Assembly: GCA_003693705.1 (NCBI GenBank)
Contig: RBZT01000613.1
Location: 1-38,300, forward strand
Source: Polymyxa betae A26-41
Lineage: Eukaryota > Protista > Endomyxa: Phytomyxea
Length of the DNA: 38,300 bases
Reading direction: 5' to 3'
Program-made: the position numbers and the translations under genes
Shown: piece after piece, positions 12,993 to 24,623 of the stretch
Layout of the letters: each line of letters opens with the position of its first letter
Position numbering within the stretch: the stretch's first letter is position 1
The notes under the pieces: model-generated
What the model saw: only the letters and a program-made list of their open reading frames with translations
Told to the model about the DNA's origin: nothing
Databases searched by the model: none

Positions 12993-14004
12993 CGCCTCTC
13001 ACGTTACATAATCGTTTTACACCTTCCCTTTTTATGCTTGATGCATTGTATGGCTTCCTTTCAATTATGCACGTGATAGGAGACTCCTTCCGGCGAGACT
13101 TATCGGGCCGCCAACAGTCTATCCCATTGCGAACGACGGCTTGTCTTCAACTTTAGCGAACCCAACTCCACTGAATATGATTTGTAACTTGCAACAGACA
13201 ATTCTGCATATTCGCGAAGACGTAATTTCTGAGCATTGTGGATGATTTATTATCATATAAATGCATTTGGGTCAGGCAGCCCGATTTTGGATTCTTCCAC
13301 AGGTTCCTGTACCGTTGTTCTAAAATCGGTTTTCAAATAACCGCCGTGTAGTTCCAGGGTCCCAAATCACTCTTCACTCGGAATAACCGACAGTGGCGCG
13401 TCCTCCACTGAACTCACTGAAGACTGCAAAGATGAGTCAGAGACATCTGATGACCAGATCGATTGTAAGCAGCCTCTATGAGACTGACAGAAGCAGAAGG
13501 CCGCCTGCTCTCATGAGCTCATTCATGTATTGCCATGGTCGCCATTGACATCAAATTGCTCAGTTTGTTGCTGTCGTAGCCAGCCATGACCTTCGACCCT
13601 CATGAGCGACCACGGGTCGTGGCATATCTTAGGTGCCCCGTCTGGATCGGGTCGGGCGCCCATCCCTAAGAGATGTTGCCAGTGGGAAGAATTATCTTCT
13701 AGAATCAAGATTTGAAAGGTTCTAGAATCGCGATCTCGACTCATAATATCTATTGGTCAAACATCGTATCCCATTATCCCGGCCAGCACGCTCTCGCTCT
13801 CGACCTTGCGATTGGAGAGGACGGTTAACCGTTAGACTCGGGTTCGGTGTATACTATAATTGCCAAAGGCGAGTTTGAGGGCGTTTCTCTGCAATCCAAT
13901 AGCAGATTTCGCTAACCCTTAAGTTTTAGGGGTCCGTTGGCAGCTGGTCTATTGACGTTGCCGTCCTCGTTGTGCTTTGTTAATTCACGTCACAGAATCC
14001 AGTC

Positions 14005-16209
14005 ATGTTGACCGCAAATCCACTTAATTATTGGTTTTTCTTAACATGGAATGTGCTTGGTGGGCTCATCATTGTCATTGGCACATTGGCAATGGAGATC
14101 CGTCGAAATGTGCAGCCGGTGAAGGCACGTGATCGCGCTCTATCGCTGTTAACGAACATTGGGTTTGAAAATTTTCGACCTTTTCGTGGCAGTTCTAACT
14201 GTTACTGAACAGCTATTTGTCTGGAACCTTGTTGAGAACTGCCATCACATTTCGGCCAGATATACCTTGCCTTTATGATATTTGGCAGGCGCCGATTACA
14301 ATTGGATTTCTATCATCCATCTATCTACTTCGATCGTGGCGAATGTATTTCAAGTTCGAGCTTGCTGTAAGTATATCGCACTGTGCGATTCGTATGTTGT
14401 AACTTGCCTAATCATAGCACGAACGATCCCTTCTTCGTTCGATGGACACAAAAAAGCAGAACAGCGAGGAGAATGGCCATCGAAGAAGCGTTTCGATGAC
14501 AGCCTCGGTTGCCGTAGGCGCTAAATCTGGACAACGAGTCACATGGTGAGATTAAATATTCTGTTTTGTGTTTGATCAGCATTTGATGAAGAAAATAGGT
14601 TCTCGGATCATCGATATCTTCTATCAGATCAATTTACGATTGCATTCACGTCAATCAGTTGTCTAATCTTCTTCGTCCCCAACGTATTCGAATCGCTTAC
14701 AGGTAACACAAAATAATTTCTTTCAACATGCGATCTTAGTCGATCCCAGGTCCCTACTTTAGAATAGAGGCTGGAGATTCGGCGAATTGCAAGATCACCC
14801 CTTTCATGAGCTTTTGGCAAACAGGAATGGGTTTGGTTTATCTATTCGGTTTACTGGTTTTCGCTGTCAAATTGCGAAAGGCTTTCGACGGTAGAGATCG
14901 CTGGAGTTTTCTGGGTGTCAGTCTTATTGTTTTCGCTAGCTTTCGGTATTAAGCATGAGCTGAAAATGGTGTTCTGGTTGAACGTGTTATCCTGGACCAT
15001 TGTGACTGCACTCGCTGTATTTTCTTCCAATAAATTTAACGCCACTGTAAGGGTCGCATCTCTGTGAAATGGTTTCAAACTCAATCTAGATTTGGACAGG
15101 TTTTTAACATTCGAAAATTGGCCCCTTTGGTGTTCATGATGCTTCTGTTTATCCAGACCACTGTGATACCGGTCTACAAAACATTTGAGGAAAGTGGTCA
15201 AAACATTGTTGCCACAACAGGAGGAAATGCGAACGATATCAACACTCTCACTGGTAGCTCCACGTCTTTTGTCAAAGCTGAGTTTTAAGGGTTTTTAGGG
15301 CTTTTGAAGTCGCCTGAAGGATTTGCAGCTTTTCAACAATATCTGGTAAATTAATCGGCACCAGTAAATTCCCAGCTTAATTAACTTATGATCAGATTGG
15401 ATGTTTTTGTGTCGAATCTTGTTTGTTCTGGAAAGATATCGAAGAATACCGCGCCCAAGTACTCTCCTCACTACGCCATGCTTCACAGCAGAAATCCAAG
15501 GTAATCAAGTATACCGCTAAATCCGTAGACGAACTAATCATGACTATAGCACTTGAGTGATCTGGCGCTTCTACTAAACCGTGCGAGAGAAATTAATGTG
15601 GTTTACATCAAAGAAGAATCAAGATTACAAGTCAATATCAGCTCATCGCAGCGTCAGAGAGTGGAGAATGCGGTCAATAACCTGCTCGTTAAATATGAGC
15701 CCATATTACAGCAACAAGAAACAGCGGAATCAAGTCCAAACCCGAATGAAATTGCAATTCCTATTAGCGGCGCTGGCAGGACTTCGTTGATTGGGCTTCT
15801 AAGTCCCAACGGTCTTCGGAATTCTATCGACAGCGGTCAGCCGCCGGCCACACCTGACGATGAGACCACAATAGACGAACGCTCCAGACAATCAGGTCCT
15901 ATATACTCTCAATAGTTGTTTAAATTGCTCATGGTTTCCATGTTGTAGGTGCAGATGAGGCTGCAGTCAATCCAGAATTAAAAGAAAAGTTTAAAGACAT
16001 TCTGAATGTTTTCAATATCGCCCAGCTTGAAGTAATTGAGTTGATGCGGACAGATCCTTATCCTCGGTTTCGGGTGACTAAACAGTTCCAAGAGGTTGGT
16101 ATTATTTATTGCAATGCTAACGTATGCTTAATCTGTGAGATAGCTTGTTCAACAGTCGGAATTGAAGCAACACCGTTTAGATGCTCTACGTGATCTGAAC
16201 GTTATATAG
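14005..16209 (+). CDS. Seven-transmembrane RGS protein (7TM-RGS)
   Basis: The spliced product has 7 hydrophobic segments with motifs typical of 7TM-RGS proteins (RRNVQPVKAR after TM1, YLLRSWRMYFKF after TM3, DAFGIKHEL before TM6). An RGS box follows: GFAAFQQYL..FCVESCLFWKDIEEY...AREINVVYIKEESRLQVNISS...FNIAQLEVIELMRTDPYPRF. Stop TAG is at 16207-16209. Confidence 0.85.
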
Positions 16210-16234
16210 CGCGTATCGTCAAGCGCGTATCGTC
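16208..16234. repeat. 14-bp-period tandem duplication at the RGS stop codon
   Basis: agcgcgtatcgtc occurs at 16208 and 16222, with a partial gtatcgt at 16241. Confidence 0.8.
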
Positions 16235-16463
16235 TCTTAAGTATCGTGCTATAAAACCTTTATTATTGAATGGTTGTAATAATGCAAAGAGTGAATGAGT
16301 CGGTATTTGGTATTATTTGTTTTGAGTGAAGGACTGAACTCTGAAGGACGATGATATTAGGTACGGTAGTTTGATCTTTGGTTTGAGAGGGTTTTGACAT
16401 CCAGCCACTGTTGTGATCAAAACTGGTGGCTGTGTTCCCAGTAGTGGCTGATTGTGTCACGTC

Positions 16464-18200
16464 ATGGAGAAGCGATACAATATCATGGAGGTTCTCGGTG
16501 ATGGGACATTCGGTCAGGTCACACGAGCTATCAATAAGCACACGAGCGAAGTCGTTGCCATCAAACAGATGAAGCGCAAGTTCTATACATGGGATGAATG
16601 TCTCAAATTGAGAGAAGTATCTCCATCAGCTTAGCTCGGCGATCTCATTAAGCTCTATTCGCAGGTTCGATCATTGAAGAAGCTCTCACATCCGAATATC
16701 GTCAAACTCAAGGAAGTGATTCGTGAGAGCAACCAGCTCTTCTTCGTGTTCGAATATCTCGAACGTAATGTGTATCAGTTGATCAAAGATCGTGATGCCC
16801 GACTAGATGAGACCCGTATTCGATCTATCATCGGTCAATGCTTACAGGGCCTTGCCTATATGCATAAGAATGGATTCTTCCATCGTGATATCAAACCTGA
16901 GAATCTCATGGTCACCAACGATGTCGTCAAGCTGGCCGATTTCGGTCTGGCCCGGGAGATCCGATCACGCCCGCCCTTCACCGATTACGTCAGTACGCGA
17001 TGGTATCGGGCGCCCGAAGTCCTTCTGCGATCAACGTCATACAATGCGCCGATCGATCTGTGGGCGATCGGCGCCATCATGGCCGAGCTCTTCACCCTGC
17101 GTCCTCTGTTCCCGGGGACGTCCGAAGCCGATCAGCTCTACCGGATCTGTTCTGTGAAAGGAACGCCAACGGCCCTCGATTGGCCCGAGGGCATCGCCCT
17201 CGCCAACGCCATGCACTTCTCGTTCACGAATGTCGGAACGCCGCCGCCCCTGAAGACGTTGATTCCGCAGGCGAGCCCGGCCGCCATCCAGCTCATGTCC
17301 GCCCTGCTCCAGTACGATCCGGGCAAGAGGCCGACCGCCGCCGAAGCCCTGCAGCACGCCTTCTTCCAGGGCGCTCTGCCCGTCTACAAGACCGTACCAG
17401 CCCGGCACATCACCGATGAGAACAGCCGGCGATGGATGGCGGACAGCGCCGTCGTCGATCACGTGAACGCGACGCCGCCGGCCCCGTGCGGCGTCCATTT
17501 CGATCCGGACCCGACCCTGATCAGGACGCCGTCGATGGAGGCGACCCCGGACGCCGATCATGGCAAAGGGCGGCGCCTGAGCGATCCGGCGACGTCGCGG
17601 CGCAGCAGCTCCGAGTCCGGCATGATTCCGTTGACGAGACGCTCGAGCCTGGATGCGGCAGCGCGCGAGCCGGTTCGTCGCGATCTGGATCCGGGCGGGT
17701 CGTCGTCACGCCGCTCGAGCCTGAGCGAGTTCACGGGCGCAGCTGCCAGGAGAAGCGGCGGCAGCGATGCGAACAGCCGCCGGAGCAGTGTCGGGAGCAA
17801 CGAATCGCTCGCGTTCGACACGCCCTTCTTCCCGGTCCGAAAGAATTCCGGCTCCGGACGCGCCATGCTCAACGCCCGCAATCTGCCCATCTCCAGGACG
17901 ACGGCGGCCGTCATGAAACCGTCGCCGATCGTGGCGACGACGGCGCGCAACGACAACGCCAACGTGACGATGGCGGCGCCGATCGAGAGGCGGCCGATCG
18001 GCCGACCCGTCCCGATGCAGTTCGAGTATTCGTCGTACTGTCAAGATCCGGAATCGGCCCTGAATCTGTTCAATGATCCGAGGAGGACGGCCCTGGATCT
18101 GGAGCTGGCGCCCCGGTCGGTGACATCGTTGGAAAGGGTGGCGCCCATCGCTGGACGACGTGCTAAATACGGCACCACGACCGGTCGGCATCGGTTCTGA
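16464..18200 (+). CDS. MAK: MAK/ICK (RCK family) Ser/Thr kinase
   Basis: Exon 1 (16464-16616) reads [17 protein letters not shown]...[22 protein letters not shown] 48-nt intron (16617-16664) follows, then [35 protein letters not shown] (the RCK-family TDY activation loop) and a long low-complexity tail. Confidence 0.93.
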
Positions 18201-19325
18201 ACATATTTAGTTTATAATGTTATCTATGGAGATCATTCCCCCTTGTAGACGTGTTTGCCATATACGTACAAAACATCGTTGTTTGGTTTCAGGGCGTTGG
18301 GGCGAGCATTGCTAGATCTTGGTCCAAATTCCGCCTATTGGGCTGAGTTGTCTGCTGAATGGAATCAATTGATATCCTGTATTTAGTAGATAAGTTATTA
18401 GAAACAATGCTTCTGAGCTGCACTATTGAAGATTGTTTTGGTATTTGTTTCCTGCATATCGTCGGCCGTCCCTGCTGCACTGGATGAGACTCGTAATCGC
18501 AATGCTTAGCAAGATAGTTGCCGAGAATATCGCCCAGGTCAATAATAGAATGCAAGTCGGAAGTGCAATAATGCACATCTTTGGTGACCATTGGAAATCC
18601 GATCGTTCTGATGGCGGTGGCTCCAGACGTCTGCAACTTCGTCATCGTGCCTTTCTGTGAAACTTGGTATTTGAGGGATTTTCACGACGACTTGACTTGG
18701 AACATCTAGAAACAGCTTTCACCCCATACAGCAATTTCAGCTGATTGTAAGTCTGGTACCGTTTCTTGTCTATTAGCGAATCTCATCACAAGTATTTTTT
18801 CCTAAACGGTTTGGAAGTCACTCTTTTACCGTCCATATTGACCGATCTGTATTGAATATTTAGTCGTACCTTGGCTAGCTCTTCAAACTAAAAACATTTC
18901 GCTGGATCTATTGTGAATGAAGGCTGTTTGAAAGTGCAGCTCTTCTAGATGCAATGCTTGCAGGTTGCAGTTATTACAATCAAAAATCCTCAAAGTGGAT
19001 TGTACGCTTGCTGTGTTTCCCTTTGCAGCACCCAACTTTGATTTAAAAACCCTTCATGAATTACCAACTACTTTATGTATGATGACTTGCAACAAATAAT
19101 GTAACTTCTGATTCTAAACCGATCAATCTCTATGAAATCTCGCGGTAGCGATCGCTCTGCGACACCATGAATTATAAAACAAGATTAGACGTTTGTGCCT
19201 AGGGCGAAACAGTCCCGTTGTCAGTTTTTTAACCTTTTATGACGAGAGTTGTCGTTCTTAAATTATCATACCTCGTCAGTTTTATAAGTAGTAAATAGTC
19301 AAATGCGGAATTCTTTGATTTACTC

Positions 19326-21014
19326 TTATTGTACGACGTTCCTGGAAATGATTAGTCGCATGACCTCATTTGTGCCTTCAAGAATCCGATGCCTGTCGTT
19401 ACTGTCAGTTTCAGCAAATTCAACAAATGAAATCTTACACTCGAGAGTCACGTAGAAGCTTCTCGATTGGGTAATCTTTCAGATACCCATACCCTCCATG
19501 CAATTGTAGGCACTCATCGATAATGTCATAACACGAGTCAGTGGCAAATTTTTTCGCCATGGCACAATACATTGATTTCTGAGCTACATTGTTATCGATG
19601 CTTTCTGCTGCATTTCGGACAAGCAACCGCGAAGCATGTAAGTTTGTCACCATATCAGCAAGCTATAACAGTAAACACATCGTAATGGCTTCATACACTA
19701 GATTATACCTTGAACTGTACACTCTGAAATGAGGACAGCGGTTTCCCGAATTGCTCTCTAATCTTGACATAATCAATCGAGTGTTGTAACGCTGTTTGGG
19801 CTGCCCCGAGTGAACAAGAAGCTGTGAACAACAATATCAGAACGAGCGTTCGACAGGTGAGCAGCGCGAGACCAATATTGATTCTGCCTCCGTCCAACGC
19901 CTGCATTGCCATTGAGAACCCTTTTCCTTCTTCTCCGATGAGGTTGCTTTTGGGAATGCGAGCGTTCTCTAAAATAACTGCTGACGTAGGCTGACAGTTC
20001 CATCCAAGCTGCACGACAATGGATACACGAACTTTCCCATCTGCCACAAAGTATCACCTTCTTCTCCTGAGCCCCGAAACTGACTCCAGGGGCGTCTTTG
20101 GGAACCAAGAAACAGGATATCTTCCCAGATTCTTTTCTAAATTGATGTTTAGTGTTTGAATGTTCACAATTTTTGTTAGTTCGCACCTTGCCATAACAAG
20201 GTAATAATCGCTGGTGCCCCCTCCACTAATGAATGCCTAATATGCTATGTCAGCTCTCAACATATCGATACAGCAGTTCTCCTACTTTGGATCCGTTCAG
20301 AACATATTCGCCATTCTCGAGTTTTGCAGAAGTTGTGAGCGATCCCGCGTCAGAACTATTTTGAAAAATATGAAAACTATCAAACGCGATCGATGAGACA
20401 TTACCCTGCTCCAGGCTCTGTTAAGCAGTAGGAAATCAGTTTCTCCATCGAGCACAAAGAGGGCAGTAATTGATGGTGCTCATCGTTCCCGAACTGCCGG
20501 AAATTATTGTCGATAATTACAATGTATATAAACACATTTACTGTGTCAATCATCCAGCAGCACATATTATGGATCGTAAGATAAGCTGCCGTCGCAGGGC
20601 AACCGGTCGCCAAAGCCTCAAAGATAACTGAGGCATCCTTCCTAGTCAGACCGCTACCGCCAACTTCAGGATCAATATAAATTCCTGACCCCAAGATGAG
20701 ACAATTGTCCCAAAATGAAAAAAAAATGTGGCTTTACCCCCGAATCCCAGCTCGGCACATTTTCGCAGCGTTTCGATGGGGAATATCTTCTTCTCATCCC
20801 ATTCCGCAGCGAATGGTGCAATCTCTTTGCTGGAGAACGACAATGCAATGTTCTGATACTCGATCTGCTCGTCAGTCAGACCGGCCGTCACTACGAAAAC
20901 GATCGGATCCCAATGCCAAGCTCCAGCATTCTCTTAACTATTCAGAGCGGTCGACATAGATCGTCGCAAGGCGGGCGCCGCTCTGACGGTCAGACGCGAG
21001 ACCAGCTTGTTCAT
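19326..21014 (-). CDS. ACAD8: Mitochondrial acyl-CoA dehydrogenase, isobutyryl-CoA dehydrogenase-like
   Basis: Presequence-like N-terminus [25 protein letters not shown]. Motifs: [96 protein letters not shown]. These fit the ACAD8/IBD subfamily. Confidence 0.88.
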
Positions 21015-21407
21015 ATTGACGGAGACCACCCGATAGGTATAATGGAAGCAATGACGCCCGATTAGTAAGGGGCGCCGCCTTACTTAACGTAACAGCGCAT
21101 CCTCTCATCTTACAGAACACTCGGTCATCATCACTGACAGACGACTGGAAACGAGTGTCGACATGGCGACACTGAGAAGCCGCACAGCTGTGCGTTTCGA
21201 AAGAGGCAACTGGGAATGGCCCCACGAACCAGTCAGAAAGCAAACTACGATCGCTGTAGAAACTATCGAGTCCCACAGCCACGATGGAAACGAATTGAGA
21301 CTGTGTTATGTTACATGATAAAGGAGGAGACCAGTGGAACAGATAGCTAACCGTGTAGCAGTGCTGTTGGGCTCATGGGGTGAGCTAGGTGGATGGGATA
21401 GATGGTC

Positions 21408-21868
21408 TCACTTGCCCTCATTCTGTATTTGGCTCGTTAATAGACCTCGAATAGCTTCTAATGGATTCTGTTTGAACTGTGGATGGGCCAGGACCTGCTT
21501 CAGCCGAGCCGATTCGTTGTCGACCAGCTTCTTCCTGATCGTCGAATGCACGCCTTTCTTCCCTAGACGAAGACCGAACAGCCTGGGCGCAGACGGTTTC
21601 GACTCGTCTTTGACCTCCCCTAGGGAATGGACGAGTCCGGAAAGTGCCAATGACTTCATTTTTGGAGCATTACTAGTCTTAAGCTCTGCAAACAAGTAAA
21701 CACCGGGCCCAAAACAAAGTGAAAGCAGCACAAACTCTCAATCAACTGTTTTCGTTTCGAGAATTTTTCTGTCCTTTTAGAAGCACGCTTGGACAGCTTC
21801 TTTGGAGCATCAGTTTCCGAAGCCGTTTTCGAAGAAGGCTTTTTCTGCTTAGCCTTGAACTTCGCCAT
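21408..21868 (-). CDS. SLX9: Ribosome biogenesis factor SLX9/FAM207A-like (2 exons)
   Basis: Lys-rich N-terminus and C-terminal ESARLKQVLAHPQFKQNPLEAIRGLL, matching the SLX9 family motif E..R...VL.HP.F..NP..AI. One intron lies at ~21689-21735. Confidence 0.75.
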
Positions 21869-21885
21869 GATTCAAATTTAAATGA

Positions 21886-22049
21886 TGGAATCTTCGAAAG
21901 TCCGAAAGATAGAGAGACCCTAAAAAATCTCCATCAAATTGCAAATATTTTTGAAAAAAGCGTTATGTGGAATCTTCGAAAGTCCGAAAGATAGAGAGAC
22001 CCTAAAAAATCTCCATCAAATTGCAAATATTTTTGAAAAAAGCGTTATG
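21886..22049. repeat. Perfect 82-bp direct tandem duplication
   Basis: The unit tggaatcttcgaaagtccgaaagatagagagaccctaaaaaatctccatcaaattgcaaatatttttgaaaaaagcgttatg occurs at 21886-21967 and 21968-22049. Confidence 0.95.
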
Positions 22050-22155
22050 TTGAAGATTATTGAAAACAGGCGTGTGCAACAACCCTGATCGATCTGTGTA
22101 CGTTGCCATCGAAAAATTGAGTTACATTTCAACTATTGACATTAGTTTGCATACA

Positions 22156-23576
22156 ATGCAACATCAACCTGAGCTCAACAATATTCCAGCGCAGCTGACG
22201 ATCGATCATGTCTCGTCAGCAACGCTGTTCCTTGAGAAGCAGCGGCAAATGCAGGAGGTGCAAATGGCGCTCGATGCACAGAAGGATGAATACGCCAGGA
22301 AGGTCCCTAACTCGATTGCATCGTCGAATCGTGATTAAGTAGTTAGAGGACAGGCTGAAGCGTTTAAAAGAAGAGAAGACGTCTTGAGGAAAAAGGATTT
22401 AGAGCTGCAGGAGTCTCTGGTCCAATTTAACAAGTTTTTGAAAGTAAGTGTATGCAGTCGTTTTGTTGGCTAGCTCAATGATTCGTGGCCAGGACAAATT
22501 CGATAAGCGGATTAAGTACGATCGCATGGCACAAGAAGAGAAGAAACAAAGACAGCTGAAAGAAAAGGAAATCCGTCTGAGGCAGAATCAGTTGAAATCG
22601 CTTCAATCTCAATGTCGGCATCTAAAAAAACAAGTGATATGTCTGATTGTATTGAAACTCATTTTGATCCTGGTTAGGTCAGACAATTCGAACAATATCA
22701 GACATTCCTGGCCAAGGTGCATCCATTTATCTTACAGAGATCCCAATCTAAATAGTTACAGGTTCAAGATGAGAATATCAGCGAATGGCCAGAATTGGAG
22801 TCGATTCTAAGCAGATTCCAGGCCTTAGAAATGGCATACAAGGGTGACCATAACGCAAAAGTATTGTTACAGACCTAGCAGCTGAACGTATCTGCAGACT
22901 TGCTTGAAAGACAAAATACGATGATCTCAAAATCTGAAACGTTAAGGAACGAATTCGCGTCGTACAGTAAAGCGCAAATTACTGCAAATCTCAACCTGAA
23001 CAACCGAATCGCACAACTGCAATCTGAACTTGAACGGTGGAACCCCATAATTTATCCAGTTGCTATAAAACCTAAAGGTTATGCAGAGCTGAGTCTAATA
23101 CCGCACAAAAGGAGAGCGAGGAGGATCGCCGGCGCAGACAGAAAACAGAACGATCGCGAGAATTGAGTGTAATCGTTATGGTTGTTAACAATCTTTATCA
23201 GGTAATTTAGCTAATCCATATATTCGCATGCTCATAGCGTTTGCTAGAGATGCACAAGACAAAGCTCGGTACTGATCCATTCCGAGCAATTGAAGCAGTA
23301 TCTGGCAACTAGAGAACCGAACGCTGGTCAAGCCATTCATGCAGACGACGAGCACGAGAACGTGGTCAATTCTCCCATGCAATGCGTTGATACTATCAAG
23401 GTAATAGTAGCGAACAGTGATGTAGATGGGAAAGATTGAATGTGATCCCGAAGCTAATGCTGGATGTGGTTGGGAATTATGTCATCGATTATCTGGCAAT
23501 CGTCGACGAAGCTGGCAACAATGGGAAAATCCAACATCGTGGCAGTGTTCGTGCCGGGTTGACATCAGATAGATGA
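22156..23576 (+). CDS. CFAP73/CCDC42 family (DUF4200) flagellar coiled-coil protein
   Basis: The spliced N-terminus SSATLFLEKQRQMQEVQMALDAQKDEYARKAEAFKRREDVLRKKDLELQESLVQFNKFLK matches the CCDC42/CFAP73 family. The last exon is LMLDVVGNYVIDYLAIV...DR*. Confidence 0.8.
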
Positions 23577-23725
23577 TAAACAAAATTCAATTAGGAACAA
23601 AAAATGAAACTTTTCTGTGAAATTATAGTGATTATATTGTTTCCGCGCTAATACCGGAGCTCACTCGGAGTGCGTCACGGGGTTTTCCTGTTTTCTCGAG
23701 CCAGTACTACTCTCTGGTCGTTGCC

Positions 23726-24145
23726 ATGGCGAAGGTTAAGGCCCACGAGCTTCGCTCGAAGTCCAAGGACGAGCTGGTCAAGCAGCTCGACGAGTTCAAG
23801 AACGAACTCTCCCAGCTCCGTGTCGCCAAGGTATCGGGCGGCCCAGCTTCGAAACTCTCCAAAATGTAGGACTCGCCGATGTAATCGGTTTGGATTGCTA
23901 ACTGGAATCACAGCAAGATCGTCCGCAAGAACATCGCCCGTGTTCTGACCGTCTACAACCAGACCCAGAAGGAAGTTCTGCGAAAGGAGTACGCCGGCAA
24001 GAAGTACATCCCTCTGGATCTGCGCCGGAAGGGTACCCGTGCTGCTCGTCGTAAGCTGACCCTTCAGCAGTTGTCCATGAAGACGGCCCGACAGGCCAAG
24101 AGAGACGCTTACTTCCCTATCCGCAAATACGCTCTCATCGCTTAA
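23726..24145 (+). CDS. RPL35: 60S ribosomal protein L35 (uL29)
   Basis: Exon 1 reads [47 protein letters not shown]. After the intron (23866-23913) it continues [16 protein letters not shown]...[21 protein letters not shown]...[10 protein letters not shown]. Absent from the ORF track because it is split. Confidence 0.97.
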
Positions 24146-24220
24146 GCTCCAATACACAATTAAAACTCTTGAAATAGGTTTCTGTATTTCTAATCCCAAT
24201 CTGATACGTGCTTGGGCCTG

Positions 24221-24623
24221 CTAAATAGGCCAAATTGTTTCTGTAGGCGTGATTGAGATGCTCTTCGGGGAAGCGTTCACTATCAGGCTTACCTTTGTAT
24301 TCTTGTAAATCGGATGCCAAGGTTTCGGCCTTCTGTCGTTGCTTTTGGGCTTTAAGCCAAATGACACAAATACTTGATAATCCCTTCGTTTCATGTAGTT
24401 CCTGCTGCCTTCGAAATAATATGTGTATCTGCTAAATACATCCAGACAGTGTCGTGTGTAGTGAGCAGGTAGCCATGGCTTCTGCTCAATTCTAGGCTCT
24501 AACCATCCCAATGTCTCAGCTTTAATTCAGGAATTCGATCGCTTTCTTACTCGGCTCTGGTCGGTAGCGAAGCTTTTCCAAACGCTTTCGTTCTTCCCGA
24601 AGAAATTTGCCGACGAAGCCCAT
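24221..24623 (-). CDS. Small spliced hypothetical protein
   Basis: ATG 24623 gives MGFVGKFLREERKRLEKLRYRPEP. A GTAAG donor at 24550 and an acceptor at 24499 (52 nt) continue it in frame into KPRIEQKPWLPAHYTRHCLD. Later exons are uncertain and probably end ETIWPI* at 24221. Confidence 0.4.

Noticed and set aside
13433-13487. CTGATGA as a hammerhead core, or a C/D box pair with CTGA at 13483
   Set aside because: There is no GAAA partner or flanking hammerhead stems, and the C-to-D distance of ~35 nt is too short for a snoRNA.
13912-13933. Telomere-like TTTTAGGG/AACCCT singles (also at 15293 and 34170)
   Set aside because: Isolated single copies are expected by chance or as teloboxes; there is no array and no surrounding large structure.
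16807-18191. Multiple overlapping ORFs on both strands over MAK (also at 23670-24199 and 29774-30313)
   Set aside because: These are shadow ORFs caused by high GC3 and stop-codon scarcity opposite or within clear genes.
21886-22049. CRISPR-like or LTR-like reading of the 82-bp repeat
   Set aside because: Only two adjacent copies with no spacer or internal region, in a eukaryotic context.
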